From the IMG/VR virus record IMGVR_UViG_3300025137_005045: a DNA stretch of 64,000 nucleotides. The stretch is one strand, 5' to 3'. The position numbers and the translations under genes are program-made. This DNA is from a virus (Duplodnaviria; Caudoviricetes). Under the pieces are notes generated by a model. The model ran no database searches, had not been told where the DNA came from, and saw only the letters and a list, made by a program, of their open reading frames with translations. Shown here one piece after another: positions 38,872-48,658 of the stretch; within the stretch, counting starts at the first letter, position 1, and each line of letters begins with the position of its first letter.

Positions 38872-40937
38872 TGCAAAAGAAAAATATCTATTTGTGGTCG
38901 AATGGGATAACCGGTAAGGTATTACCCATACTATGGTTTTCTGCAAAAACATACTACGAAGAATATGGAAATAAAATAGATCAATGGCTCTGGCACGAAC
39001 CTTTTATACACGAATGGTCAGATGAAAAACTATTTGCATATCTCAAAGACAATCCCCCTGCAATTTTTGGTTTTTCTGTATATGTTTGGAGTTACAGTAA
39101 AATAGAAAAATTGTCAAAAAAAATATCAGAGCTATATCCTGATTGTTTAATAATATGGGGAGGTCCTCAAATTTCTATCAAATATGAGAATGATTTCTTT
39201 ACTAAACATCCAGAAGTTAAGATTGTTGTACCAAGTGATGTTTATGGTGAAGCTATATTATGTCATATACTTGATAAATTTAATAACGGTAAAGTAAAAG
39301 AAGTAGACATTCCTGAAATTTATTATCAAAGAAGTGGAATGAAATTAAAGTCTAAAATACCATTTATTAAAAAAGATTTTGTATGGCCTACTAATATATT
39401 TAAAGCACAAAAAGATTATTTTCACAGTGATATGGCTAATAGTTTAGCTATATACGAATCAACTCGAGGATGTCCTTACCGATGTAGCTATTGTGATTGG
39501 GGAGGCGGAACATTTACTAAAACAATTAAAAAACCATTAGAAACAGTTTTCTCTGAGTTAGAGTTTCTTGCTGAACAAAAAGTAGAATGGTTTTATTTTG
39601 CTGATGCAAATTTTGGTATCTTTAAGGATAGAGATTTGCAGATAATAGAATATGTAGCAAAGTTAAAAGAAAGATTCGGCTATCCTCAAATAGTAAACGT
39701 TGAAAATGCTAAAAATAATTTAGAAAGAGTATTACAAATACAAGAAATATTAATAAAAAATAAATTAGCACCTTTTTATAAAATATCAATACAAAGTGTA
39801 CATGACGATGTTAAAAAAAATATTGAAAGAGTAGATATTCCATTTGAGGAACAGTACGAAAAAGTTAAAGAACTACAAAATAAGTATGATGCACCGATCT
39901 TAATTGAAACTATTTTAGGATTACCGGGAGACAGCTATAAAAAAACTTTAGAAACTATCGAAGTACTTGAAACTAAAGAAATTGGTAGCTTTAGGCCTGC
40001 GATATGGAATTTACTCCCAGAAGCTCCTGCATATGATCCTGTAGAAAGAAAAAAATGGGGGATTAAAACTAAATGGCTTAAGATAATAACTCATCCTTTT
40101 AGATTAAAAGAAAATAAAAATATCGAAGGAGTAACAGCAACATTTTGGGATAATGACGTATTACTTGAAAATGTTATAGAGACTAAATCTTATGATCGTG
40201 TTGAGTGGTGCGACATGTTTGTATTAACTATAATTAGCGGAACATCAAAATCAATTGGTTTATCTAAATTAGTTAAATATCTCAACGAGGAAGAAAATAT
40301 TCCTATTGTAGAATTTTATAATAGCTTTTATCAAAATTTAGTTAAGAAGAAAAAATTCCTTAATAAAGAGTTAAACGAACGTATAGCCGGACTTCCTACG
40401 ATGCTGTATGACTTAGTTGATCCTGATAGCCCATCTACAGATTTTGATATTAATATAGGTGACTTTTTTCCAGGTTATCTATCACCTAATTTATTTTTTA
40501 TCTTTTCAGTAATGTTACACCCTAGTCAGTTTTATAAATCCATAGAGATGTTAATGTTACCTAGAGTTAAGGATAAGGAAAAATTGCGTGATTTAACAAA
40601 CTATTTAATTAACTCTTTTATTGATATTGACTTTGATCCTAAATTTGGTAGAAAATTTAATACTCAATATAATTGGTTTGAGTACTTTGAGAACGACAAA
40701 TACCAACTTACACCATCACGATACACCTTTAAGGTGTTAGATAAACATCTTAAGTTTGTAGGTAGTATTGATTCTGAGTTTAGTGATTATCCTGAGATTG
40801 ATGATTATAATCAGAAAGTGATTCAATTCTTTTATCATAGAGCCTATAATATGCCTAGGCCAAAGTTTACCAATAATTTAGAACTAGTAAATGATCTTAA
40901 TACAAGTGCTAAATATCATTATGATCTCGTTAACTAA
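38871..40937 (+). CDS. B12-binding-domain radical SAM enzyme (class B-like)
   Basis: FGFSVYVW, WGGPQ, GE; RGCPYRCSYC; DANFG; LGLPG. Confidence 0.88.
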   Translation: MQKKNIYLWSNGITGKVLPILWFSAKTYYEEYGNKIDQWLWHEPFIHEWSDEKLFAYLKDNPPAIFGFSVYVWSYSKIEKLSKKISELYPDCLIIWGGPQISIKYENDFFTKHPEVKIVVPSDVYGEAILCHILDKFNNGKVKEVDIPEIYYQRSGMKLKSKIPFIKKDFVWPTNIFKAQKDYFHSDMANSLAIYESTRGCPYRCSYCDWGGGTFTKTIKKPLETVFSELEFLAEQKVEWFYFADANFGIFKDRDLQIIEYVAKLKERFGYPQIVNVENAKNNLERVLQIQEILIKNKLAPFYKISIQSVHDDVKKNIERVDIPFEEQYEKVKELQNKYDAPILIETILGLPGDSYKKTLETIEVLETKEIGSFRPAIWNLLPEAPAYDPVERKKWGIKTKWLKIITHPFRLKENKNIEGVTATFWDNDVLLENVIETKSYDRVEWCDMFVLTIISGTSKSIGLSKLVKYLNEEENIPIVEFYNSFYQNLVKKKKFLNKELNERIAGLPTMLYDLVDPDSPSTDFDINIGDFFPGYLSPNLFFIFSVMLHPSQFYKSIEMLMLPRVKDKEKLRDLTNYLINSFIDIDFDPKFGRKFNTQYNWFEYFENDKYQLTPSRYTFKVLDKHLKFVGSIDSEFSDYPEIDDYNQKVIQFFYHRAYNMPRPKFTNNLELVNDLNTSAKYHYDLVN

Positions 40938-41241
40938 CACAGCCGCTAAAAAAGCAGGCGCCGCAATAGCAAGCAGAAAAAATACTGTAGGTCTTCGTAT
41001 AGGAGTCACAACCACAGGCTGTTCAGGCATGGCCTATGTATTAGAATTTGTTGAAAACATATTACCAGAAGATAATACGTACACTGATAAAGGTGTTACA
41101 CTAGTAATAGACAAGAAAAATTTAACATATCTAGATGGTCTAGAATTAGATTATCAGAAAAAAGGATTAAATGAAGGATTTGAATTTATCAACCCAAACG
41201 AATCAGCAAGATGTGGCTGTGGAGAATCATTTACGGTCTAG
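40921..41241 (+). CDS. iscA: A-type Fe-S carrier IscA
   Basis: MISLT, GCSGMAY, CGCGESF; start at ATG 40921 behind TAAATA. Confidence 0.95.
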   Translation: MISLTNTAAKKAGAAIASRKNTVGLRIGVTTTGCSGMAYVLEFVENILPEDNTYTDKGVTLVIDKKNLTYLDGLELDYQKKGLNEGFEFINPNESARCGCGESFTV

Positions 41242-41279
41242 GGTTGGACACATACACGTACCGAAGGCTGATGGAATAA

Positions 41280-41963
41280 ATGATAACAAACAAATTTGAT
41301 TATAAAAAATTAAAAAGAACAACAACAGAACATCAAAGATTATATCAATGTCCAGATGGTAATGCAGTTCCCAGTGTTACAACAATCCTAGACAAAACTA
41401 AATCAGCAGAAAAAAAGGCAGGACTAGCACGTTGGCGTAAGAGTGTAGGTGAAGCTAAGGCAACAGCAATTGTAACAGAAGCCGCTAATCGTGGAACACG
41501 AATGCACACCTACTTGGAAAAGTATGTGCTAGGCGAAGAATTAAAGGAGTCAGTATCAAATCCATATGCTCAGCAGAGTTTAGACATGGCTAAAATAGTT
41601 GTCGAAGAGGGTCTGTGTAATGTGGATGAGTATTGGGGAACTGAAGTTGCTTTATATTTTCCAAAAATATATGCAGGAACAACTGATCTGGTAGGTGTAC
41701 ACCGAGGTGATAACGCAATACTTGACTTTAAACAAACCAACAAGCCCAAGAAGCGTGAATGGATCGAAGACTACTTTCTACAACTTGCGGCCTATGCAGA
41801 AGCACATAATGAAGTACATGGTACAAATATACGTAAAGGTGTTGTGTTAATGTGTTCAAAAGATTACAAATATCAAGAATTCATAAGTGAAGGCACTGAG
41901 TGGGACATGTGGGTTGACTTATGGTGGAAACGTGTTGAACAATATTATAAACAACATAGATAA
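41280..41963 (+). CDS. PD-(D/E)XK exonuclease
   Basis: PSVTTIL, RGTRMH, YAGTTD, ILDFKQ, QLAAY. Confidence 0.85.
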   Translation: MITNKFDYKKLKRTTTEHQRLYQCPDGNAVPSVTTILDKTKSAEKKAGLARWRKSVGEAKATAIVTEAANRGTRMHTYLEKYVLGEELKESVSNPYAQQSLDMAKIVVEEGLCNVDEYWGTEVALYFPKIYAGTTDLVGVHRGDNAILDFKQTNKPKKREWIEDYFLQLAAYAEAHNEVHGTNIRKGVVLMCSKDYKYQEFISEGTEWDMWVDLWWKRVEQYYKQHR

Positions 41964-42325
41964 TGGAAACTAATCTACTATTTGCACTAGTAATAAAACA
42001 TGTTATATGTGACTTAGGACTACAGAGCCAATTTCTTTGGGGTAAAACACAAAACAAGAAATATTATTTTGGTTGCCATTTACATTATTTCCATCATGGC
42101 TTAGGCACATTAATAGTTGGATTATTTTTTGTTGATCCTCTACTAGCATTAGCATTGTCACTGGTTGATTATGTGGCACATTGGAACATTGATTATTCCA
42201 AACACAGAATCAATAAGGCTTTGTGTGTTACACACAAAGATCTGATGTATTGGTGGATTGCTTCAATTGATCAAGCCCTACATTTCTTAACTTACTATCT
42301 TCTTGTTCTCTATGTTAGTTCCTAG
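41963..42325 (+). CDS. DUF3307-like membrane protein
   Basis: KHVICD.GLQ, HG, HWNID, DQALH. Confidence 0.75.
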   Translation: METNLLFALVIKHVICDLGLQSQFLWGKTQNKKYYFGCHLHYFHHGLGTLIVGLFFVDPLLALALSLVDYVAHWNIDYSKHRINKALCVTHKDLMYWWIASIDQALHFLTYYLLVLYVSS

Positions 42326-42360
42326 ATAAATATACTGATAACAACGGAATATTATAAAAA

Positions 42361-43938
42361 ATGGCTACAGTACAAATTTCACGAATACAACATAGACAAG
42401 GTCTATCAGAAAATTTACCTCAATTATCAGGTGGTGAACTTGGATGGAGTGTAGATACCAGACAACTATATATTGGGAATGGTACACTAGCAAATGGTGC
42501 ACCAGTAGTTGGTAACACAGAGATACTGACTCAATTCTCAGATATTGTTTCACTAGCAGACACATATACATTTAAAGGTAAGTCAGCAGGATACACAGTT
42601 AAAACAGGAGAATTAACAAGCACTCCTGTAACAAGAACACTACAAGGTAAGTTAGATGATTTTGTATCAGTTAAAGACTTTGGTGCTGTGGGTGACGGAG
42701 TCACAAATGATACAGCCGCGATCAATAGAGCATTATTTGAACTATTTTGTCGTGAAGTGAATGCAGAAGTACGTAGAAGTTTATATTTTCCAGCAGGTAA
42801 TTATTTAATTAACGATACCTTATTAATTCCGCCCTATGCTAAAATGTGGGGAGAAGGTATGAATTCAAGTATTATTAAATTAGACGTTGACCCATCGTCA
42901 ACTATTCCATCTTACCTTGCTAGAACAACAGACAGTTTACAACAAACAGGAAGTAACATTGGTACCAACTCAGCAACGACTCCTAGAAATGTTGAAATTT
43001 CAGCAATGACATTTGAAGCATTAGAAATTACAGATATATTTTTAGTAGAATCAATTGATCAAATGTATTTTGACTCAGTTGGCTTTTTAGGACCATTAAC
43101 AAGTTCAGATTTAAATGTGGCAACTGATGATGCTAGCTGTGTTAGAGCTAATGGAACTAGTGTAAACATTCCTCGTGCTGTAACATTTGATAAATGTGCA
43201 TTTACTAATATGACATACGCATTTAAAATCAATGAACGTTGTCAGGGTTGGACTGTAAGTAATTCAAAATTTGAAACACTGTACAATGGAATTAATTTAG
43301 GTGAGGCACTAGTAGATGGTGGACCTATAGGATTTAGAGCTGTTCACAACTTCTTTAATCAGATTTATAGTTCTGCTATTATATATGATTTAGTTAGCAA
43401 ATGTATTACTGCTCAGAATATCTTCTTAGAAGATTGTGGTAAACAATTTGGTGCAAGCCCGCAGGTTCCAGTAATTGATTTTAACACTGATAATAATGTA
43501 TCTGTTGGTGATATGTTTGAACGTGTTGATGCAGATAGTTTAACACATGCAAGAATTGATGTAGGAACAACTACTTCAATAGCATTTGATAATACCAAAC
43601 AACTTCAGCTAGGTAGTTTTGTTCGTGAAAGCGGAGAAACTGCTACTCTGGCTAATAACAAATCTGCCGCGACTACTGTATTCACAGTGGACCTAGGTGA
43701 CATAACAGCATGGAGCATGGATTATACTATTAAGAGAGGCTCAACTATAAGACATGGAAAAATAAGAGTACGAAATACTGGCACTCCAGTAGTTGATGAT
43801 GAGTTTGTTGAAGATGCTACTACCGGTGTTACCTTGTCAGTGGCAAATACCACAGGCACAACATATGCCTTACAGTTTAAAACAACCAACACAGGTGCAG
43901 ATGCTACTATAACTTACAGCTTAACTCAGTTAGGCTAG
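42361..43938 (+). CDS. tail/baseplate fibre-like protein with pectate-lyase-type beta-helix
   Basis: LPQL..GELGW..DT..LYIGNG; SVKDFGAVGDGVTNDTAAI; LYFPAG.Y. Confidence 0.8.
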   Translation: MATVQISRIQHRQGLSENLPQLSGGELGWSVDTRQLYIGNGTLANGAPVVGNTEILTQFSDIVSLADTYTFKGKSAGYTVKTGELTSTPVTRTLQGKLDDFVSVKDFGAVGDGVTNDTAAINRALFELFCREVNAEVRRSLYFPAGNYLINDTLLIPPYAKMWGEGMNSSIIKLDVDPSSTIPSYLARTTDSLQQTGSNIGTNSATTPRNVEISAMTFEALEITDIFLVESIDQMYFDSVGFLGPLTSSDLNVATDDASCVRANGTSVNIPRAVTFDKCAFTNMTYAFKINERCQGWTVSNSKFETLYNGINLGEALVDGGPIGFRAVHNFFNQIYSSAIIYDLVSKCITAQNIFLEDCGKQFGASPQVPVIDFNTDNNVSVGDMFERVDADSLTHARIDVGTTTSIAFDNTKQLQLGSFVRESGETATLANNKSAATTVFTVDLGDITAWSMDYTIKRGSTIRHGKIRVRNTGTPVVDDEFVEDATTGVTLSVANTTGTTYALQFKTTNTGADATITYSLTQLG

Positions 43939-43939
43939 T

Positions 43940-44377
43940 ATGTGGCCAGTAGGATATGAAGAATGTCTTCAGTCCTGGGTTCAACTCAGAGAAGACTGCA
44001 ATAATAAACCCTTTCAAGAACAACTTAATCAAATAGCAGAATGGTGGGGCCACGCTCCTCGTGTTAAACATGTTATTCATTGGAACGATAAAGAAAACTG
44101 GCCAACTCCCTGGGAACTTTTGGTAGATAATTCGTATGATGATCTTGCTATAGCCTTAGGAATGTCATATACTATACTAATGTTAGATAATGTAAACGCC
44201 ACAGTTGAAATAGCCCAAGCAAAGGACGGTACAGCAAGTGACTTTTATATAGCCCTGGTCGACGATCGAAAATATATACTTAATTATGACCCGTGGTTAG
44301 CAGTAAATAGCGAACAAACAGATTTTACAATATTAAATACCGTTGACAGTGGTCAACTTTTAAAAAAAATAGGATAA
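43940..44377 (+). CDS. hypothetical protein
   Basis: 145 aa ORF directly before nrdA. Confidence 0.7.
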   Translation: MWPVGYEECLQSWVQLREDCNNKPFQEQLNQIAEWWGHAPRVKHVIHWNDKENWPTPWELLVDNSYDDLAIALGMSYTILMLDNVNATVEIAQAKDGTASDFYIALVDDRKYILNYDPWLAVNSEQTDFTILNTVDSGQLLKKIG

Positions 44378-44379
44378 AG

Positions 44380-46662
44380 ATGGCAGAGATTATAGTTACT
44401 AAAAGGAATGGCGAAAAAGAACCTTTAGATATTGAAAAACTACATAAGGTAGTAATGTGGGCATGTGAAGGTATAACAGGTGTATCAGCTAGTGAGGTTG
44501 AAATCAAAAGTCATTTGCAGTTTTATAACGGTATTAAAACAAGTGACATACAGGAAACAGTTATTAAAAGTGCGGCAGACCTAATAACAGAGGACACACC
44601 TAACTATCAACATGTGGCTGGTAGACTGATCAGCTATCATATCCGCAAAGATGTTTACGCTCAATTTGAACCGTGGCATATTACAAAGTTAATTAAACAC
44701 AATATAGAACTTGGATTATACGACCCTCATTTATTAGAAGATTACACTGAAGATGAGTGGGAGCAAATTAATTCATACACCAAACATAATCGAGATGAAA
44801 TGTTATCCTACGTTGCTATGGAACAGTTTCGTGGCAAGTATCTAGTACAAAATAGAGTTACAGGTGAAATATACGAAAGTCCACAAATGACATATATGTT
44901 GATTGCGGCAACATTATTTTCAAGTTACGGAAAAAGCACACGACTACAATATGTTAAAGATTACTATGATGCAATATCAACACATCAAATAAGTTTACCT
45001 ACTCCTGTTATGGCCGGAGTAAGAACTAGCCAAAGACAATTTAGTTCATGCGTACTAATTGAAACAGATGATAGTTTAGATTCAATAAATGCTACATCAT
45101 CAAGTATTGTCAGATACGTATCGCAGAAAGCAGGTATAGGTATTAATGCTGGACGTATTCGTGCTATTAAGAGTCCAATTAGAAAAGGTGATGCTTATCA
45201 TACAGGCGTTATTCCTTTTTATAAACTATTTCAAGCGGCCACACGATCATGTTCACAAGGTGGTGTTAGAAACGGTGCGGCAACATTATACTATCCGATT
45301 TGGCATTTAGAAGTAGAAGACCTATTGGTACTTAAAAATAATAAAGGTACAGACGATAATCGTGTTAGACATATGGACTATGGTGTCCAGTTTAATAAAC
45401 TAATGTATGAGAGACTGTTGTCAGGAGGAGATATAACTTTATTCTCGCCACATGATGTACCAGGTATGTATGATGCGTTCTTTCAGGATCAGGACAAGTT
45501 TAAAGAACTTTATGAAACAGCAGAACGTAACACTCGTATACGTAAAAAAACAATTAAAGCAATGGATCTATTTGGACAATTTGTACAAGAGCGTAAAGAT
45601 ACAGGTAGAATATATTTACAAAATGTTGATCATGCTAACACACATAGCTCATTTGATCAAACAGTAGCACCAATTAAACAATCAAACCTATGTTGTGAGA
45701 TTGATTTACCGACAAAGGCTTTGAATGATATCAATGATCCAGAAGGTGAAATAGCTCTTTGTACGCTTTCAGCTATTAATTGGGGTGTGTTCAAACAGCC
45801 CGAAGACATGGAAAAGGCGTGCGGGCTTGCTGTGCGAGGATTAGACGCCCTTTTAACCTATCAGAACTATCCAGTATTAGCGGCCAGAACGAGTACAGAA
45901 AATAGAAGACCATTAGGTATTGGTATTATTAACTTTGCTTATTGGCTAGCAAAAAATGACTTAACATACACAGGAGAAGAAGCATTGCCCGAAGTTGATC
46001 GTTGGACTCAGCATTGGTCGTATTATTTGATTAAAGCAAGTGCAGATCTGGCAGAAGAGTATGGTGCATGTCCTAAGTCAAATGAAACAAAGTATCATGA
46101 AGGCATACTACCAATTGATACATATAAAAAAGAAGTCGATGAAATAGTTCCACATAAAGATCATGTTGATTGGGAAGGATTAAGAAAACAACTTAAACAA
46201 ACAGGTATACGTAATTCAACATTGATGGCACTCATGCCTGCTGAAACATCGGCACAAATTAGTAACTCAACAAACGGGATTGAACCTCCTAGAAGTTACA
46301 TTAGTATTAAGCAAAGTAAACACGGTGCATTAACACAGGTAGTGCCTGAATTTAGACGTCTTAAAAATAAGTACGAACTGCTATGGGATCAAAAAAGTCC
46401 AGAGGGTTATCTAAAAATTATGGCCATTCTCCAGAAGTATATTGATCAAGGAATTTCGGTAAATACTTCTTACAATCCACAGCATTATGAAGATGACAAA
46501 GTACCAATGAGTGACTTGCTCAAACATATTATTATGTTTTATAAGTATGGCGGAAAGCAGTTATACTACAATAACACATACGATGGTCAAGGTGAAATTG
46601 ATGTTGATCGAGACATAAAAGATAGCGTTGAAGATGACGACTGCGATAGCTGTAAAATTTAA
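44380..46662 (+). CDS. nrdA: ribonucleotide reductase class Ia alpha
   Basis: ATP cone VTKRNG; FSSC, SNLCCEI, MPAETS, YY, C-terminal CDSC. Confidence 0.97.
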   Translation: MAEIIVTKRNGEKEPLDIEKLHKVVMWACEGITGVSASEVEIKSHLQFYNGIKTSDIQETVIKSAADLITEDTPNYQHVAGRLISYHIRKDVYAQFEPWHITKLIKHNIELGLYDPHLLEDYTEDEWEQINSYTKHNRDEMLSYVAMEQFRGKYLVQNRVTGEIYESPQMTYMLIAATLFSSYGKSTRLQYVKDYYDAISTHQISLPTPVMAGVRTSQRQFSSCVLIETDDSLDSINATSSSIVRYVSQKAGIGINAGRIRAIKSPIRKGDAYHTGVIPFYKLFQAATRSCSQGGVRNGAATLYYPIWHLEVEDLLVLKNNKGTDDNRVRHMDYGVQFNKLMYERLLSGGDITLFSPHDVPGMYDAFFQDQDKFKELYETAERNTRIRKKTIKAMDLFGQFVQERKDTGRIYLQNVDHANTHSSFDQTVAPIKQSNLCCEIDLPTKALNDINDPEGEIALCTLSAINWGVFKQPEDMEKACGLAVRGLDALLTYQNYPVLAARTSTENRRPLGIGIINFAYWLAKNDLTYTGEEALPEVDRWTQHWSYYLIKASADLAEEYGACPKSNETKYHEGILPIDTYKKEVDEIVPHKDHVDWEGLRKQLKQTGIRNSTLMALMPAETSAQISNSTNGIEPPRSYISIKQSKHGALTQVVPEFRRLKNKYELLWDQKSPEGYLKIMAILQKYIDQGISVNTSYNPQHYEDDKVPMSDLLKHIIMFYKYGGKQLYYNNTYDGQGEIDVDRDIKDSVEDDDCDSCKI

Positions 46663-46684
46663 TTAACTAAAAAGAAAATATCAT

Positions 46685-47809
46685 ATGAGCGTATTAAACA
46701 AACATAAAAAAGACCACACAAAATCTTTAGCCTTCTTAGACCCACATGGTGGGAATGGTATACAACGATACGACGTTGTTAAATATAGACAATTTGAAAA
46801 ACTAACAGACACTCAATTAGGTTTCTTTTGGCGACCTGAAGAAGTTGATGTTATGCGTGACTCAAAAGACTTTAAAGATCTAACGCCATATGAACAACAT
46901 ATTTTTACAAGTAACTTAAAAAGACAAATTGTACTCGATTCGGTACAAGGACGTTCACCTAATTTAGCTTTGTTACCTTTAGTGACCATACCTGAGATTG
47001 AAACCTGGATCGAAACATGGGCGTTCAACGAAACTATTCATTCACGTTCATATACGCATATCATTAGAAACGTATTTCCAGATCCATCAAAAGTATTTGA
47101 CGAATTAATGAATATTGAAGAAATTGCAAACTGCGGTACTGACATTGCAAAATATTATGATGATCTTATTCAATATCAAACAATGTATTTCTATCTAGGT
47201 GAGGGCGAGCACGTAGTTAATGGTGAAAAAGTCGTAGTTGATAGTTATGAATTAAAAAAGCGTTTATGGTTATGTATCAATTCAGTAAACGTGTTAGAAG
47301 GTATTCGTTTTTATGTTTCGTTTGCTTGTTCATGGGCATTTGCTGAACTTAAGAAAATGGAAGGTAATGCTAAAATTATTAAACTAATTGCACGTGATGA
47401 AAATGTTCACTTGGCATCAAGTCAACACTTACTAAAAATGTTACCAAAAGATGACAAAGATTATATTAAGATTAAAAAAGAATGTGAGCCTGAAGTGATT
47501 GGTATGTTTAAATCAGCAGTGGATCAAGAAGAGGCATGGGCAAAGTATTTGTTCCAAAACGGGTCAATGATTGGACTTAATGAAACTTTATTGTGTAACT
47601 ATATTGAGTGGATTGCCAACAAGCGTATGTCAACACTAGGTTTAGAGTCACCTTACAAAGGAGGATCAAATCCTCTACCTTGGACACAGAAATGGATAGC
47701 AGGAGGTGATGTGCAAGTGGCACCACAGGAAACAGAAATATCAAGTTATACAATTGGTGCAGTCAAGCAAGATGTAACAGAGGACACATTTAAAGGAATT
47801 AGTTTATAA
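46685..47809 (+). CDS. nrdB: ribonucleotide reductase class Ia beta
   Basis: FFWRPEE, LDSVQGR, ETIHSRSY, EGIRF, RDENVH. Confidence 0.97.
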   Translation: MSVLNKHKKDHTKSLAFLDPHGGNGIQRYDVVKYRQFEKLTDTQLGFFWRPEEVDVMRDSKDFKDLTPYEQHIFTSNLKRQIVLDSVQGRSPNLALLPLVTIPEIETWIETWAFNETIHSRSYTHIIRNVFPDPSKVFDELMNIEEIANCGTDIAKYYDDLIQYQTMYFYLGEGEHVVNGEKVVVDSYELKKRLWLCINSVNVLEGIRFYVSFACSWAFAELKKMEGNAKIIKLIARDENVHLASSQHLLKMLPKDDKDYIKIKKECEPEVIGMFKSAVDQEEAWAKYLFQNGSMIGLNETLLCNYIEWIANKRMSTLGLESPYKGGSNPLPWTQKWIAGGDVQVAPQETEISSYTIGAVKQDVTEDTFKGISL

Positions 47810-48054
47810 TGTTAACAGTGTATTCAAAAAAAAATTGCCCTTTTTGCGATCAAGCAAAGGCACTTTTAGAACGCAAAGGTATAGAACATCGCGTAGTTAA
47901 AATTGATGAAAATCCAGAAGCACGTGATTTTTTATTAGGACAAGGATTTAAATCAGTACCTCAAATCTTTTCAGAGACAGAATTATTTGTTGAAGGTGGT
48001 TATCAAGGGTTAAGTAAGTTAACAGATGAAGAGTTAACTACTAAACTAGGATAA
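47809..48054 (+). CDS. glutaredoxin
   Basis: CPFC active site, SVPQIF. Confidence 0.92.
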   Translation: MLTVYSKKNCPFCDQAKALLERKGIEHRVVKIDENPEARDFLLGQGFKSVPQIFSETELFVEGGYQGLSKLTDEELTTKLG

Positions 48055-48057
48055 TTA

Positions 48058-48360
48058 ATGGACATAAACACAGATCAAATATATACATTCAAATTAAATT
48101 CAGGCGAAGAAATGGTAACAAAAGTAATGGAAGTTACAGATACACATTACCTCGTTGACCAACCTGTATCAATAGCCCCTGGACAACAGGGCATGCAGAT
48201 GATCCCAAGTGCATTTACCATGGAATTGAAAAAACCTGTGAAACTAAATATTAGTGCAGTAACAATGGTTTTTGAAACAAATGAAGAGGTGATCAACAGC
48301 TACAAAACAGCGACAACAGGCGTTGTTAGACCACCAGAAAAGAAAATTTTAACGGGATAG
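48058..48360 (+). CDS. hypothetical small beta-barrel protein
   Basis: KLNSGEEM; C-terminal Y...TTG...P. Confidence 0.7.
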   Translation: MDINTDQIYTFKLNSGEEMVTKVMEVTDTHYLVDQPVSIAPGQQGMQMIPSAFTMELKKPVKLNISAVTMVFETNEEVINSYKTATTGVVRPPEKKILTG

Positions 48361-48364
48361 ACAT

Positions 48365-48652
48365 ATGCCAGGAGTAGTACGCAGAGGTGATGTTAATGGA
48401 GCAGGCGGAGTTGCTATCGGAGCAAGCTCTGATGTTATTGTTAATGGCAGAGGTGTTGTATTTCCAGGTAGTCCTGTAACTCCTCATCCATGTTGCGGTG
48501 CTAAAGGTTGCGATATGCACTGTGCGGCCACTGTGGCAGGACCAGGCAGTTTTTCAGTAATAGCCAATGGTAGACCAATAATACGGCAAGGTGATTCAGA
48601 CACTTGCGGTCACTCTAGAGCTAGTTCTAGCTCAGACGTAATCTGTGGGTAA
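48365..48652 (+). CDS. PAAR-domain spike tip protein
   Basis: VRRGD, TPH.CC, GSFSVIANGRP, CGH. Confidence 0.88.
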   Translation: MPGVVRRGDVNGAGGVAIGASSDVIVNGRGVVFPGSPVTPHPCCGAKGCDMHCAATVAGPGSFSVIANGRPIIRQGDSDTCGHSRASSSSDVICG

Positions 48653-48658
48653 TTAAAA

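Noticed and set aside
3406-47809. Introns or inteins in terL, uvsX, helicase, nrdA or nrdB
   Set aside because: All are of normal length with contiguous motifs
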